A stretch of DNA of 64,000 bases from Mobula hypostoma. Lineage: Eukaryota. The position numbers and the translations under genes are program-made. This document shows, in pieces, positions 1 to 14,538 of the stretch. Positions within the stretch are counted from its first letter, which is position 1; every line of letters begins with the position of its first letter. The notes below the pieces were generated by a model, which saw only the letters and a list, made by a program, of their open reading frames with translations, did no database searches and was not told the origin of the DNA. The stretch lies in NCBI RefSeq assembly GCF_963921235.1, contig NC_086097.1, forward strand, positions 144,338,001 through 144,402,000, given 5' to 3'.

Positions 1-119
1 TCTTATAGATAAGTGTTCACAATTTACAATGTATCTCTATTTTAAAACTTATTGAAGGCCATTATTTCATACTTTCCTAAAAATTCATAGAGATTCTCCC
101 AGGCTTTCCAGAATGGCAA

Positions 120-688
120 CATAGGCAGATAGAATGATGAAGAGGTGTCTGGCACACTTGCCATCATTGGTCAAGAGTAGAGCTGTGTCATCACGTTACA
201 ACCATACAAGATGTTGGTGAAACCACACTGTTTATAATTGTGCTATAAACTATTGAGTCTATAGCTCAATATTCAGGTTGATATGGATATTACTAAGAGT
301 GGAGGGCTTGAGCTATAAGGAAAGAGTGGATAGGCTGGAGCATAAAAGGCCAAGGGGGTGATCTTAGTTAAAGACTGGTTATGGTCTTTTGGGGAGTCTG
401 AATATAGAGTGTGCAGATTTAAGGTGAGAATGGTAAGATTTAAAAGGGACTTGAGAGGCAATCTTTTCTCAGAGAGCGCTGGGTATGTGGAACAAGTTGG
501 CAGCGGAAGAGTAAATGTAGGTACAAATATAATGTTTAAAATACATTTGATTGGTTCATTGATAGGAAAGATTTAGAGGGATACACAGTAGGTCTAATGT
601 AGGCAAATGAGACTAGCTAGAGTAGGCAACTTGCTTGGCATGGAGGGTTGGGCTATCAACATCCATGCTGTATAACTCTATGACTCCA
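120..688 (+). mobile_element. CR1-clade LINE, decayed 3' fragment
   Basis: GGAGGGCTTGAGCTATAAGGAAAGAGTGGATAGG and AGATTTAAAAGGGACTTGAGAGGCAATCTTTTC are typical of the CR1 ORF2 C-terminus; ends in a CTATGACT-type tail. Confidence 0.7.
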
Positions 689-2039
689 ATTTGGAAAAAT
701 CCTTAGAGGCATCTTGAAGCTTGCAACTTGTTTTATATTTTCACTAGTGTTCTATTGAAGTTTCAACAGGTGATCGGGAGAACCATTAGGGTTAATTGAT
801 AGATCTTCAGAACTATGATCTAAGTTGCTGGGCTTTAGTGCCGGTGATCCGAAATCTCTGAGAGTGTGGTAGAACCTCTATGTCACATATAAACAGGTAT
901 TTGTTGCATTTCATATAAAGATTGAAACCTAACTGAAGTAAATCCAATGAGGGTTACAGAGTGTCTTTAATAAATTTTAATAGATATATTGATAAATAAT
1001 GTACATCAGTAGACTTGACAACACAATCTAGACTATTGCTTCTTTGTATTGCTGAGGGAAGCTTGTAATGCTGTCTTCTAAATGATTTGCGTTGAATTTC
1101 AGAATCCATTGTATTATTTTTGGAAGAGTCAGAATTCAATTAGCATGATTAACATGACAGAAGAAAACCTATTCTGCCATTTATCACTTATCTGTGTGCA
1201 GCATCTTTCATAATGGCTGACATGCCTCCATCTTAGAAGAATACCTCAACAATAAGTATTGAGATTGAAAACACTTTGAAATATCCTAAGTTCAATAGTT
1301 TTATGTTTCACAGTCAATCCTTTTTGATGTTGAATACTATGCTTAATCCCAATTAAGCTGTCTTTCACATGTTATGTAATTCATTTTGTTGAGGGTCATG
1401 ACCTATTTTTTTACTTGTATTTACACCTCTTACCCTTCGAATTGGTAGCTTGGTATAGCCACAAGGGTAGCAGAGAGTGCTAACACTCTGATTTATTTTC
1501 CTTCCATGCTGGCTAACCCATTGATGGGATCTTGTACTGTCCTTGGATGCACTCAATTGAATCAATACAAAGAAAACATGAGGAGAATTTTAGATTTATT
1601 TGACCTGCATTTGCCATTATCTAGCAAATATAAAATCTTTAGCTTCACCTTCAAATACCTCTATCATCTATAGTAAATAAAGTGATGTCCATAATGCTGA
1701 AGACATACTCTTCACCTATAATTAATCTTTTATGTGAGATAGATACAAACTTTTTAAAAAAAATCTGTTTTCATACCGCGGGCAGCACCTGAGGTGTTTT
1801 TGCTTCGCTGTAACACTTGCACTCTAAGATTGCTGGAATGTAAACTCAATACAATGATTCCACCGGGCAAATACAGGTTACATCAACACTCTAGAATATT
1901 TCATTAATTAACTGCCACTGAAGAATGGTTAACAAGGTGACAGAGCTAAAACCTAATTAAAACTCATAGATGGTTTTATGGTGAATATAAAAGAGGCAGG
2001 CAGACAGACTGAAAAATATAAGTCAAGATAGCCCTTTCA

Positions 2040-2960
2040 CATAAGTTAGCCACACACACCCATTGCAAACCTAGTGACTCCCTCAACTATCTTGACCATA
2101 GTCCTATAAGAACGCAAATTCCTGTCTCCTTACTCTCATGCAAGAGTTCCCAACCTGGGGCCCATGGACTCTCAGTTAATGGTAAGGCTCCATGGCATAA
2201 AAAAGGTTGGGAACCCCTGCTTTAGAGTCTCTATTGTATCTACTCTTTTAACAAGGATTTTTCTCCTGCGTCAAAAATATTTTCCCCCTAACATAGTTGG
2301 TAGAGCCATTCATCACCTCTGAAGCATTTCCCACACCTTGACACTAACCTCTCTCCTTCTGGTTAGAGCAAGGCCAGTTCTCCTGGTGTGCATTTTTCTT
2401 CCTATTGGCCTGCACATTCAACAGATCATTCTTTGCAATTTCTGCTACCTTCTAAGGATATACAACTACAGCACCATCTTGTTCTCCTTTCTTCCATGAC
2501 TCTCTAGTTTACCCTTGCATCTCCACCAAATGCTTCCCTTCTTTAACACTTTTCTATGCAACTCTGTGAGATACAACACCTGCTGTTTATCTTTAACTCT
2601 TCCCAACATCCAATGACCAAAATCTTCTTCTCGGTGAAGCTGCATCTTATTGGTATTTCCTCCAACCAAGTAGGTTGCATTCAGTGCTCATAATGCGATG
2701 TCGACATTGAAGAAACCAAATGTAAATTGGGTGATCCTTTTGTGGAGCACCTTCGTTCAGTCTGATGATCCCAAGCTAACAGTTATCGATCACTTTAATC
2801 CTCTATCCTGCCCTCAGTCTGATTTATCGATCTAAGGCCTTCTACATGGTTCCAATGGGGCCTGAAGTAAGTTTGAGCAGCAAAAACAACAACTCATTTT
2901 ATGTCTGATCATGCTGCAGGCTCGGGGATTTAACATACATTTTAATAATTTCAGGGAAGT
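2040..2960 (+). mobile_element. Penelope-like element, old RT-end/GIY-YIG remnant interrupted by a hAT MITE
   Basis: Translates to HCKPSDSLNYLD (cf. YKPTDSHSYLD) near 2060 and CIQCS...IEETKCKLGDPFVEHLRSV (GIY-YIG second half) near 2675-2762; many stops and frameshifts. Confidence 0.7.
2141..2219. mobile_element. ~80-bp hAT/Charlie-type MITE
   Basis: TIRs CAAGAGTTCCCAACCT...AGGTTGGGAACCCCTG; related copies at 14539, 26213 and 47778. Confidence 0.8.
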
Positions 2961-3349
2961 CAATTTCCCTATATCAGAAATGTTCAATTAGGTCATTTTT
3001 GCTGTAAGCTTATCTATCTGCAATATTACTTGGCTTTTCACTTTCCAGCGATACCATCAGCTGGGCATTACCAATGTTCTCCTCTGTCTCAGTAACATTT
3101 CTGACATGCCTTTCACAGCTTTTATGTATTTTTTAGTTTGTTTCCTATCTCTAGAACCTTCTCCCATTAGTCTAGCTTTGTTAACAGAGTGGGCACAAGA
3201 GATGAGAGATGCAGGGATCTGGAGCAAAACATGGAGCTGAGTGGCAGCAGTCCAGATGAAGGGTCTTGATGTGAAGCACTGACTGACCATTTCACTCGAC
3301 AGGTGCTGAGTTACCCCAGCAATGCCTTTATTTTGGTTTTCTTCAATCT

Positions 3350-3600
3350 GCAAATTGGTTTATTATTGATACATCCACTGAGATACAGTGGTAATCTTTG
3401 TTCTGCATGCCATCTATACAGACCATTTCATCACATTGAGGTAATATAAAGGGAAATGCAATAACAGAATGCAAAACATCCTGTTACAGATACAGAGCAA
3501 ATGCAGTACAGGCAGGCCATAAGGTGCAAGGAAATGACAACTGGTTTTTTCATGCAAGAGTTCTGACAATTGTACAACAGTGAGAAATAAGTTGATTCAG
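3350..3600 (-). mobile_element. Rex/Babar-type LINE 3' UTR fragment
   Basis: Reverse complement resembles the 3' ends at 45720-45940 and 50100-50335 (TGCATTCTGTTATTG...CACTGTA). Confidence 0.55.
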
Positions 3601-3755
3601 GCTTTTATATTTTGTGCCAAATTGTTGGGGGGGGGGTGGGGGTTTGGGTGGAGAAGAGAGAAAATCCAGGAGGGAGGAGCCTTTATTATGTTATAATAAT
3701 GTGGGGACAGTCTGTTACCCTAGTAACCATGACCTCAGTTTATCAGAGAAATCTT

Positions 3756-4058
3756 TTAATTTATTAGCTTTATTTATCACATGTACATCAAAACATGCAG
3801 ACTGTGTCAATTCTGTCAATGACCAGTACAGTCTGGGGATGTGCTGGGACAAGCCACAAGCATCACCATGCATTGGCACCAACGTAACATACTAACCCTT
3901 TGCTAACCTGTACGTCTTTGGAATGTGGGAGGAGACCAGAGCACCTCGAGGAAACTCATGTGGTCATGGGGAGAAAGTTAAAAACTCATTATAGGCACCG
4001 GCAGGAATTGAACCCTGATCACTGGTGCTCTAGAGCGTTAGGCTAACCGCTACTCCAC
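3756..4058 (-). mobile_element. V-SINE (tRNA-derived, HE1-like)
   Basis: Reverse-complement V-domain TTCCTCGAGGTGCTCTGGTCTCCTCCCACATTCCAAAGACGTAC and B-box-like GGGTTCAATTCC. Confidence 0.75.
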
Positions 4059-5799
4059 TCCATCACTCCTTTTTGCAATTTAAAACAACCTGGTTTTCTC
4101 AGTTTTCCGGTTTTAATAACCAGAAACCTTAGCTCATTTTTTCCTTTCTACTGAAACTGTCAGGCCTGCTGAGTGAACCTGGGATTGCATCCAGCTCACG
4201 TTAATAGAAGAAACCACATTGTTTGTGATAGTCCTCTGTGAGGTGGGGTTGGGTAACGTTGATCCGTTTCCTAATACCTCATTGAAAATAAGTAGCAAAT
4301 TGCATTTTACTGTGAGAAATCTCAGGCTGCTTCCAGAGATGAACGTATTTTCAAATGTGCTGGCCTTTAGAAGTGGATCAGCATGCTTATCTTTAACAAT
4401 ATGTAGCAAGTGTGCATGCACATTGATAAGTGTGGGTCTTTTTAAAACTGTTACCCGTGTGGATCCACCTCAGTTATTCCCGAACCTGTCACCTACTCCC
4501 CAGTACCCTACTCCAACCCCTACACTGATTACTATGGTAACAGATTGCCTTCTGAGGGTGTCCTAATTAAAGCTGCTTAAAGCAGAGGGATCTCTGTGCC
4601 CAATGAGGAAGAGCTTGATAAAGCTTGCCACACTTGTCCTGGGGGCATCGGTGCTGAGCTGCATGCTTGATATTGTAAGTGTTCATTTACACATAGCATT
4701 AGCCTTCATAACTGCAGACAAGACGCTTGGAAAAAAAGCAGTGTTTAAAATGAATAATTGCAAGTTGGTCATCTACTTTATGTGACACTGACAGAAAAGA
4801 AAGTCAACTTAATGTGAAGTAGGTCACTAATTCTCCCTTTTAAATTTTTGCTTTCAATAAGTATCAATTTTATACCAGAGGTTTTACGAAATATCCTTTG
4901 AAAGTCTCTCCTTAGTTATTTTTTTATAATAATGTAGCTTCAGTTGTCTCTATAACCAAAGAGTGTGGGTAGTATTTCCACTCCAGCACTGAGGCAAAAT
5001 GCATACGAACACTAAGATGTGCCATCTTTTGTAAAGGATGTTAAACCAAAACCAGATCTTATACTTACTATGAGGAAACAAGCTTTCCCTGAATTTCCCT
5101 GAATCAATGTTATAAAGAACAGATTATCATTCATTAATCCAATGCACTTTCTATGGGAAAATTAGCTGCTCCATTAGGTAGGATTATAGTGGGGTAATTA
5201 AGTTACTAGACAAGTAAACTAGAGCCCTGAGCTAACAATCTAGAGAGCTAAGTTCAAAAGCCCTGCTAGTGACTTATTAATAACAAATGAAAACAAAACT
5301 TACATTAAACTACCAGATCATCATGTAAACAGACGTGATTCACTAATTGTCCATTAGGGGATAATTGTTCTCACACCTGTAGCCTGTGAAATGGATGGAC
5401 CAAACGGGTTCCTTCTGATTCACAGTAAGTCCAAATCCTACTCTTGATATTCAATGGCATTACCAGTAATGAGAGCCTCACAACTCAGATCCTGAAGTTC
5501 ATCGCTGACAACCACCTTAATTGTGCTCACTGCATGAATACTTTGGTTACAAGAGCGAGAAAGAGATTAGCTATTCTACACTGAGTGTCTCACCTCTCAA
5601 CATCCCTAAACCTCTCCAACATCTACAGTAATTGATAAAATTGTAGATACTAAGGGAATTGAGAACTAAAGGATAAGTGGTGGTGCTGGGATAAATGATT
5701 TGTCATATTCTAACATTTGCTGGATGTTACAGGAGGTACCAGAGGGAAAATAGTCTACTCCAACTTCTACTTTTACTTCTGTGCCTATGTATACAGCAC

Positions 5800-6280
5800 A
5801 TCAGGTGCATGATGGAATACTCTCCACTGACTGGGCAAGTGTAGCTCATCAGTATTCAAGATGCTCAGCAGCATCCAGGCCAAGCAACTCCTTTGATTTC
5901 ACACCATCCACTACTCCAAATATTATTTCCTTCCACCCCACACCCCAGCACATCATGGCTGCAGTTTGTACCAATTACAAAAAAAAATGCTGCAGTCATT
6001 CTTCACCAAAAGCAGATCCCATACCCACAATCTCTACCATCAAGAAAGATAAGAGTAACAAATTCATAAAAACGCCACCACGTGCAGGTTCCTTCCTCAG
6101 GTTTACTCAATCCTGATCCTGAAATATGCAATATATTGCAATGTTGCTGGACCTAAATTCTAGATCTTCCTGTAGCATGGTGGGAATGCAGTCACCATTT
6201 TCTCAAGAGTAACCATGGACAGTTAACAAATATCAACAATACCAGCAAAGCATACAGCTGGAAAACACATAAATAATTTC
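5800..6280 (+). mobile_element. Old CR1/L2-type LINE 3' fragment
   Basis: ATCCAGGCCAAGCAACTCCTTTGATT...TTCTCAAGAGTAAC resembles the minus-strand pieces at 24890-25130 and 36350-36760. Confidence 0.45.
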
Positions 6281-6944
6281 TTACATTATGAATTCCTTAC
6301 GATTTTCTAATCATTTTATATATCTAGAGTTTATGGGCTATACAGTTCCAAGTTCAAAGTTCCAAGTTCCAAGTACATTTATTATCTAAGTATGTATGCA
6401 TTATAAATCTTGAGATTCGTCTCCTTGCAGGTAGCCACAAAACAAGAAACTTAAAAGAACCCATAAAAAAGACCAACACCCAATGTGCAGAGACAAAAAA
6501 AACAAATTGTGCAAACAATATAAGTAGGCAAATAACATTCAGAACAGCAGGTACATCAATCAATAGAGATGTATACACTGCAAATATCTATTATTAGTTG
6601 AAATTACCTTAAGATATTCATTTCAACGTTGTAACCTCAAAAAAGTACTAAATTTAAAAATATTCAACTTAGAAGACCATAAAGTCATCCTTTTTCATAG
6701 GATAATACACACTCCGTATTTCTGAAATTTGCATCCAATGACCTCCAAGGAACAAAGTTTCAGTAGCAGATTTCAAAACACAGCTGCTACTGCATCATAA
6801 GTTTCTGCATAAAGGGGGATCTTTACCCCCAGTTCATTCCTTCCTAAGATCACCATAAGTAAGGACCATTACTGTGTAAAGGTTGTTTTCTCTGACTGAT
6901 CCTTTCCCCTATAAATTATGAAATTAGATTCCTAGGAACAAGTT

Positions 6945-7105
6945 ATTTGTACATTCTCCCTGTGACCTTGTGAGTTCCCCCGGGTGCTCCGTTTTCATCC
7001 ACATTCCAAAGATGTACGGGTTAGTGGGTTAATTGGTCACCAGGGTGTAACTGGCCATATGGGCTCATTACCTGGCTGTAACTCTAAATGAATAAAATAA
7101 AAAAG
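6945..7105 (+). mobile_element. V-SINE, 5'-truncated
   Basis: TTTGTACATTCTCCCTGTGACC...CCGGGTGCTCCGTTTTCATCCACATTCCAAAGATGTACGGG; A-rich tail. Confidence 0.75.
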
Positions 7106-9214
7106 AAATACCCTAGTAACTAAATTCCCATTTATGAACCTTTCCAGCTTTGTATTGTACTATACTCTGAACCTTGGCCATTTACTACATAGTAAAATAA
7201 AAGATGATTGATTGTGTGTAGATTATGAACTTTTTTTCTGTAGCCTTTATGTGCATCCTAAATACCTATGAACTGATTACATCTACCTTCTACTTTGACA
7301 GCATTTTACAATAAATGTTCCCAATCTGAAGAACAGTATCTGTTCTCCAAGAAGATAAAAGCAGGACAAAAGACTGTATGTTACCAGATATGTATTTTGT
7401 GCACTACTGCAATGCACATTGAATCAGGTTCTCTGCAGGCTGGAATTTAGATTTGGATCATTAATGACATCTATTGAGTTAGAAGGATATGGAATCAAAC
7501 ACCATATAAGGCAAACATACAATGTACCCTGAGAAACAAACAACTTAGTTTAGCACCTTTATCATAAGAAGTTGACAGTTGGTGTTTCGCAAGAGGACAA
7601 TCAGACAAAAACAGAGATAAAGGAAGACATGAGTTCAGGGCTAAAAGCTTTGTCTACACTATACCTTCAGTGGATTATCATAAAGAGTTGTAGAAAGGTG
7701 GATTTGTTTTTAAAAACTTAAAGACTAAACAGCTGAAGGTGCAGTTCTCAACACTGTACTGAAACATGCTAGTGGATCACTGTCAATTACCAATTGTCCT
7801 AGAGGGTGCAAGTGAAAAGGAGAAACATATGGAATTAGTGTAGTAAATGTTGACCTGCATTTAATGGGTTGATGGGTTGATGAGTTTGTTTCTCTCCTAG
7901 ATGTTTCTGACTCTTTAAGTAGTACACACAGAGTTTGTGAGAGAAATGAAGAGCAGGAAGAGATTAATAAATTAATGAGAGAAGTTTTATATGGAGATTG
8001 AATCCTTACATTTCTGTTGCAAGTATAGATTAATGAAATGGGGTGGGTTGGGTTTTGGATCGGATCAGATAAATGGTGGGTGAGAGCTGTAAAGAGAGCA
8101 CTTCATTAGCAACAAGCAATCTGCTGGAGGAACTCAGCAGTTGAGCATCATCTGTAGGGTGAAAGGAATTGCTGATGCTTCAGTTCAAAACCCTGTGCTC
8201 AAATAGTCAAGGTGATAAATGCAGAAAGAAAGGTTTCAGGTTTAATGATGTAAGTTATTACCATAACTGCTGGTACTTAATAAAACTGTGCAAAGAGAGG
8301 AGCTCAGTAGCTTAGTGGAATCGCTTGACCCTTGCATCAGTGAATGGATCTCATTACACGTGGTCTGGCAGCACTGACATGAGTCAGCAACCCTGGCCTG
8401 TCAACGTGACAGGAAGTTAGTCAATAACTTGCAGAGCATGAAATGAGTAACTGCAGTTGCAGGGAATGATGGATTAATGATGCATTATGTGCATTGATAT
8501 AGTCTGAGCTGTGAATGAACAGCAACATAAAGGACTATCACAATCTTCGCATGGTACACGGTGTGGAATATCACTTAATCTCCTTTATATAATTTGCTCA
8601 GCCTTTCTGAACTTTGGTCTTCCACCAACCCTCCCAAGCTGCAGCATTTCCAAGCCAGCATCACCCTAGGCTCATCCAACTCTGGTGGGATGGCAGAGAA
8701 TTCCAGGAGTGATACAGAAAGGAGTGGTCAGAAAGGTCCTACTCTGAGTAGGGCCTTGCCAGTCCACTAGCAACTTCTCACCTATTGGGAGAATCCATTA
8801 GAAACAGTGCTTTCCCAGTAACGTGTAACCATCAAATTTGAACGTCTCAACAGTTTTTGCCCCAGTGGTGATATGCGGGCAGTTTTGATGAAGTTGGAAT
8901 CTTTGGCCAGGGGCAAACAGAATAATAAAGCTTTTAAGAGTCTGAGTCAATCTGAGGTTCATAGGTGTCAAGGAAGGGAAAGGAATTGGAAGCTATGGAA
9001 TAAGGTATGTATCAGAGTCTGAAGATAGCGGTTATGTTCTACCCAGTGATTAAGTAGAACGTCTTTCTGTATTTTCAGTACTGTATAGTAGGCAAGCAGC
9101 CAAGCAATATGGAGAGAGATGATGCAGTTTAGTCCAATGAAAATATTGAAGCTAGATTTGAGCACAAAGTCGAATGCTACACTCTTAAGGTTCTCTTTTT
9201 TGCATAACTTGTTC

Positions 9215-9480
9215 AATTGAGAACCTGGCTACTCTTTCAGTTTCATGCAGCATTTTGGTTTGGTGTTGGTTCATTGAAGAGCAGAGGACTTACTTGTATC
9301 CTGGCAATATTTGTCCTGCAATCAGGACGAACAAAGAACATTAAACAATAAATAGAATATTGCTCATTGAATCATCTATCTTTAGGCATAATGTCATTGC
9401 AAGTGCTTCATTGACATCAATGTACTTTAGGGTGTCCTGGGAAAATGAAAGATGCTTAATAAGTGTGATCTTCTTTTTCA
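9215..9480 (+). mobile_element. DeuSINE-like (SacSINE1/AmnSINE1 class) ancient SINE
   Basis: TGAAGAGCAGAGG...ATCCTGGCAATATTTGTCC...CTTTAGGGTGTCCTGG resembles the Deu domain and its 3' tail. Confidence 0.5.
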
Positions 9481-11040
9481 TTTTAGGAGCAGTATACTGT
9501 ATAAACAAACGTAGACAGAAGATCAATGGGATCAGTCGGTGTCACTCCAGTATGGCAAGGTATGAAGGCAAAAGCTACTTCAAGTGTTATGTTCATTTTC
9601 AAAACCCAGAAGAAATCTATAGATGTTGAAAATCTGAAGTATAAACATCATTTAAAAAAGCTAGAGATGATGAAAGGTCATCATCCTGAAACATGGATTG
9701 TCTTTCTCTCCACAGATGCCAACTGACCTGCTGAGTGCTCCTAATATTTTCTGTTTTACTTCCATTAACTTTTCCTGGATTAATTGGAATAGAACCGGCT
9801 GGGGATTCCCATTTGGTTGGAAAACAGACACGAGTACTGGAGATTCTGCTGACAGGTGTGGTGGATAAGGAGGGATAGAGTATAAAAATAAATCTTCATA
9901 CTACAGTGTTTGTGACTGGAAGACATTTCTAAATATATTAAAGCCAGTGGAATATCCTTAAGGTGCAGTTACAATGGTCCAATTAAATTTGATTTTGATT
10001 CTTAAATTGTGCATCGGGGGTTTAACACTGTTTTATGAGGTTTAAATATGAACTTGGAGGAAAGATTGGCATAAATTTGTGAGACGACAGCTATTTCAAG
10101 AAAATAAAAGGATATTTAAGAGGGCTAACTGTTTGAAGTTACAAATAGGTCAGTTGAAACCCCTTTGAATACTACTATGATCACAGCAAAATCTATTTAG
10201 CTTAAGGAAAGGAATCTTTTATGATATCAACTGGCATGGTGACCGGTCAGCATGGTCAACAGGAAATTGACCAGTCAGAAATTCAGTGTCAAACGCAGCA
10301 GGAGTTGAACTTCATGAAGGAATCACAGGCAAGATGGGAAAGACACTGGAGATACCATGGCATTAAACATAGAAGACTCCTCCCTGATTCATCTTCATAC
10401 TGGTAAGCTAACAAATGGTGCTTGCTTGAATTTCAATCCCTTTAGTTCTTTATTGCTTCCACTGAACTCAAATAAAACTAAATAATAGGAATGGAATATA
10501 TCCATGACTATTAATATAGTGCTCAAGTAGCACTAACTACGTCAGGTTTTACCCTAAAGAGGGAGAAATGGGCAGGCTTCCCTTCCTTGAGGATGCCAAT
10601 GGACCGGGAGTTTGCAGGACTATGAGAGCCACATAACTCAATATGAAACACAGCAGAGGTGAGGGACAGAAAATATTCTCATCCTGAATCATACTCAGAC
10701 CATGAGCTGGTCTTGTAAATACAGTGGAAGGAAATGTAGCCCATTAGAAACTGAGAAATATTAAGAAACAATTTAATATACCTGTAAATAAATTAACAAA
10801 ATAAGCTTGGTTCCATCATTTTCTGGCTCATGTTCCATGGATCATTTTATAGTGACTGTTTATCTGTGTTTATTTATTTTATTCATAAACAATATGAACA
10901 TGTATGCCTGGGACCAGGGTCTAACTCAGCACAAGTTTGGTTGCTGCTCCTGACTGTAGTTGGCAGGCTTGATGTGCAATGGTTTTGATTTAAATCAATG
11001 GTTATAGATAAAGGAAGTAAAACACTCAGCATCTGACACT

Positions 11041-11227
11041 TTTATTACACAAATAGTTGGGATACTAATTGACATGAGATGAAGTTTCAGCCTTGGAAAC
11101 TAGTGTTTCATATATACAGAATATGTAGAAAACTAGTTTTCATGTATACTGTATAGATAGACAACTAGTTTCCAAGCCTGGAACTCCATCTCATATCGAT
11201 TAGTATCTGAACTATTTGTGTAATAAA
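11041..11227. repeat. Palindromic MITE-like element with ~64-bp inverted arms
   Basis: TTTATTACACAAATAGTT...GGAAACTAGT pairs with ACTAGTTTCC...AACTATTTGTGTAATAAA with few mismatches. Confidence 0.85.
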
Positions 11228-13184
11228 CTCACAGAAACATGCATAAATAACCATAGCTGAAGCTGATTTGTGAGGTAAGGTGTCAGTTTTAAATTCTAGT
11301 GCAATACAGTTTCTTTCTTTGTCATATAATTGTGATTTTTATGCACTATCAATTATTTTGATAGTTCATTTAAGCCTGTTTCTCCAGCTGCATAAGTCTT
11401 ATGTAAACGGTGAGATATATAGTTAACTTATATTTGACTGTGTTACAATAACATTATTGCATTTCAAGAAATATTAAGCATTCACCTAGTATTTCTTTCA
11501 TATTGGTTAGACTTGGAGTGAAGAATGTGTACTGGGAACAACATTAGATGTAATTCAAAATCAAATAATAACCTGGTAAGCTACAAGCATGTGAAACAAT
11601 AGAAGCAACACGCAGTAAAGAGAGCCAAACTATCTCACAGCCATTGAGTTAGATCTTTGTTCACTCTTTCATGCCACATCCAATAATGAATGGTGGTAGG
11701 CAATTAAATTGTCAACAGGAGAAGGTGATTTATCTTTTAAGAGGATGAAAGTAACTAATGAATGCAAATGCAAGGCTGAAACATTTACAACTATTTTCAG
11801 GTAGGCAGACAATAATATTAATTGGATTATCCATCTCAGCCTCCTTTTGAAATCTCTACCATAACAGAAACTGTATCAGCCAATATGAATTCTTCTGTGG
11901 AATCTAGAAATAGTTTCAAGTACTGGGTACTACAAAGGCTATGGGACTAGTTAGCTTTCCAAGTGTTTTAGTATAGCCACAGCATTGGCTCTACTGATCC
12001 CTCAAGTAACAATTCACCTGAAATCTTAACTTTGATTTTTGTTCTTTCCACAGATGCCGCCTGAATGGCTGAGTTTTTCTCACATTTTCTGTTCATACCA
12101 GACATGATGATTGAAAATATTCAAAGGTCATGTTGAAGGACGTCGACAAGTACTATTACATAACTGGCCTTAAACATTCCTTCACTCGGTCACAATTTCC
12201 TGTCATGGCTAAGATTCCTTGTTAGGTTCTAGAAGTATTTGAAGAGTAAATTTCCAGAAAGAGAAAGCCAAGACCAGAATATCTGCCGCTTCTTAATTTC
12301 CTCAGCGCTGCATGGTTATTGATTATGTGTCCTGTTAAGTCCTGAGAAGTGGTATCTGAATAGAAGTGACTGAGAAGATATATTCCTTTCCACCATCACT
12401 TACACGGTATAGTTATGCTGGGAGACAGATGATCAATAACACCTGATCATTGCTTCCACAACATACAAAAAAAATGTTGTTTCCATGTGGCATACAGTGC
12501 TGTCCCTCGATTTATTAAACCCCCTCCCATAATAAAATGATACATAATGATGATCTCTACTGCCAAATGATGCAGTGAATGATTTTTTACAACCTGAGCA
12601 CAGTGAAATCTTTTCACAGGATACGTCTCATGCTGGTCTGGCTCCAGCTACGTAATTGCAAGGACATTGGATGGTATATTTTGAAATCCTCACAGACGTG
12701 GTATACATGCCATTATTTGTATAGTTAACAGTTACAATAACATTACTATTTAGAAATCATGTTATTATTCAATTGTCTTTTTAAAATATTAATAAATTTT
12801 GAACAGGCTTTCTAAGATGCTTAATTTGTTCCAATCAGTCACTGTTATATGCTTATCAATAGTAAAACGATGAATACATGCAAATAAGCAACAGGATTCA
12901 ACCTTTTTCCAGAGATTATCAATGACAATTTGCATTCAAAATTACCTTAGCAAGCAAGAGAATTTTAGAAGATTATTGCCAATGAGATTATTCACCCCTG
13001 TAGAGAGTGCATCCTCTTGCTTACAAGTGAGCAGAATAATTATATGTACTCTGATGTTCATTACAATTTTTATTGATATCTGGAACAGAGACCTGGCCTT
13101 TTGGCTTCTCAGGACCACTCCACTATTTTTTTAACCCATGGTTGGTTGTGCCTCATATAGTTATTTGTCTTATTCCTTGAGATT

Positions 13185-13737
13185 TGTGAACAGTTTTGGG
13201 CCCCTCATCTTAGAAAAGATGTGCTGGCATTGGAGAGGGTCACAAGGATGATTCCAGGAATGAAAGGGTTATCATATGAGGATTGTTTGATGGCTCTGGG
13301 TCTGTACTCGCTGGAATTCAGAAGGATGACGGGGGAATCTTATTGAAACCTTTCGGATGTTGAAAAGCATAAACAGAGTAGACGTGGAAAGGATGTTTCC
13401 CATGATGGGAGAGTCTAGGACAAGAGGGCACAGCCTCAGGATAGAGGGGTGCCCACTCAAAACAGAGATGTGGAGAAGTTTCTTGAGCCAGAGTGTGGTG
13501 AATTTGTGGAATTTGTTGCCATATGCAGCTGCGGAGGCCAGGTTGTTGGGTGTATTTAAGGCAGAGATTGATAGGTTCTTGATTGGACATGACATCAAAG
13601 GTTACGGGGTGAAGGCCGGTAACTGGGGTTGAGGAGGAGATAGAAAAAAAGGATCAGCCATGATTAAATGGCAGAGCAGACTCGATGGGCCAGATGGCCT
13701 AATTCTGCTCCTATGTTTTATAGTCTTATGGTCTTAT
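13185..13737 (+). mobile_element. CR1 LINE 3' fragment (young subfamily)
   Basis: ORF 13357-13632 ERMFPMMGESRTRGHSLRIEG...FLSQSVVNLWNLLP; tail (TCTTATGG)n. Confidence 0.9.
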
Positions 13738-14538
13738 TCTATATTCCTTACTACCTGATAAACATCAAATCATCACACTCTTAAGAAGTACCATTATCCC
13801 AGTATCAATAATTTTTCAGGGTAGCATGTTCTAGATTTTCACATGACAACGTGGATGAACTGTTTGCTGATCAGACATTAATGATATGTTTCTAGTTTAA
13901 AAATTATAACTCTTTGATTTGGATTCCCTTATTAGAGGAAATAAGTTCTTTATGTTCACCATAGTGAGACTTCATATTTTTAAACACCTACATTAAATCA
14001 TCCCTCAACCAAAAGAATAAAATAGAATCTTTTACAATTACAAGGTTTATGTCTGGTAAATCTGCAATGAAAGCTAGGATATCTTCCTCAATTTTTATGT
14101 CAGAAGTGATTTCAATAACCTTGTGGTTTGACAGGATTCTATATACCTGTAAAATCATACTTATATCTCTGCAGGTGTGAGCATGTATGTCTACCACTGT
14201 TCGAGTTTAGAGATACAGTATATGTGCATGGCTCAGTAGGTTGGTAATGCGAAGATTAAAATAAAGTAATTAAACCAGGTCAATGAAAATGACAAAAAGT
14301 GTTAGTTGTTTAAATAAATAATCTTTGTACAATACTCAGAATAAGGGGAGCAAATATAACTAACTCAAAGTGAAAATTCAACTTGTAGAGAAGGATAGAC
14401 ATTATTGAGACGTGACAGTAAGACATTCAGGACTTGAGCCTAATCATATCTTTACAGAAAGGATGACAAAAATGTTAACAGTAAATGAGTACCCTTAGTG
14501 ATTAAAATAGACTTAACTAATTTGCGGAGACTTTCTAA

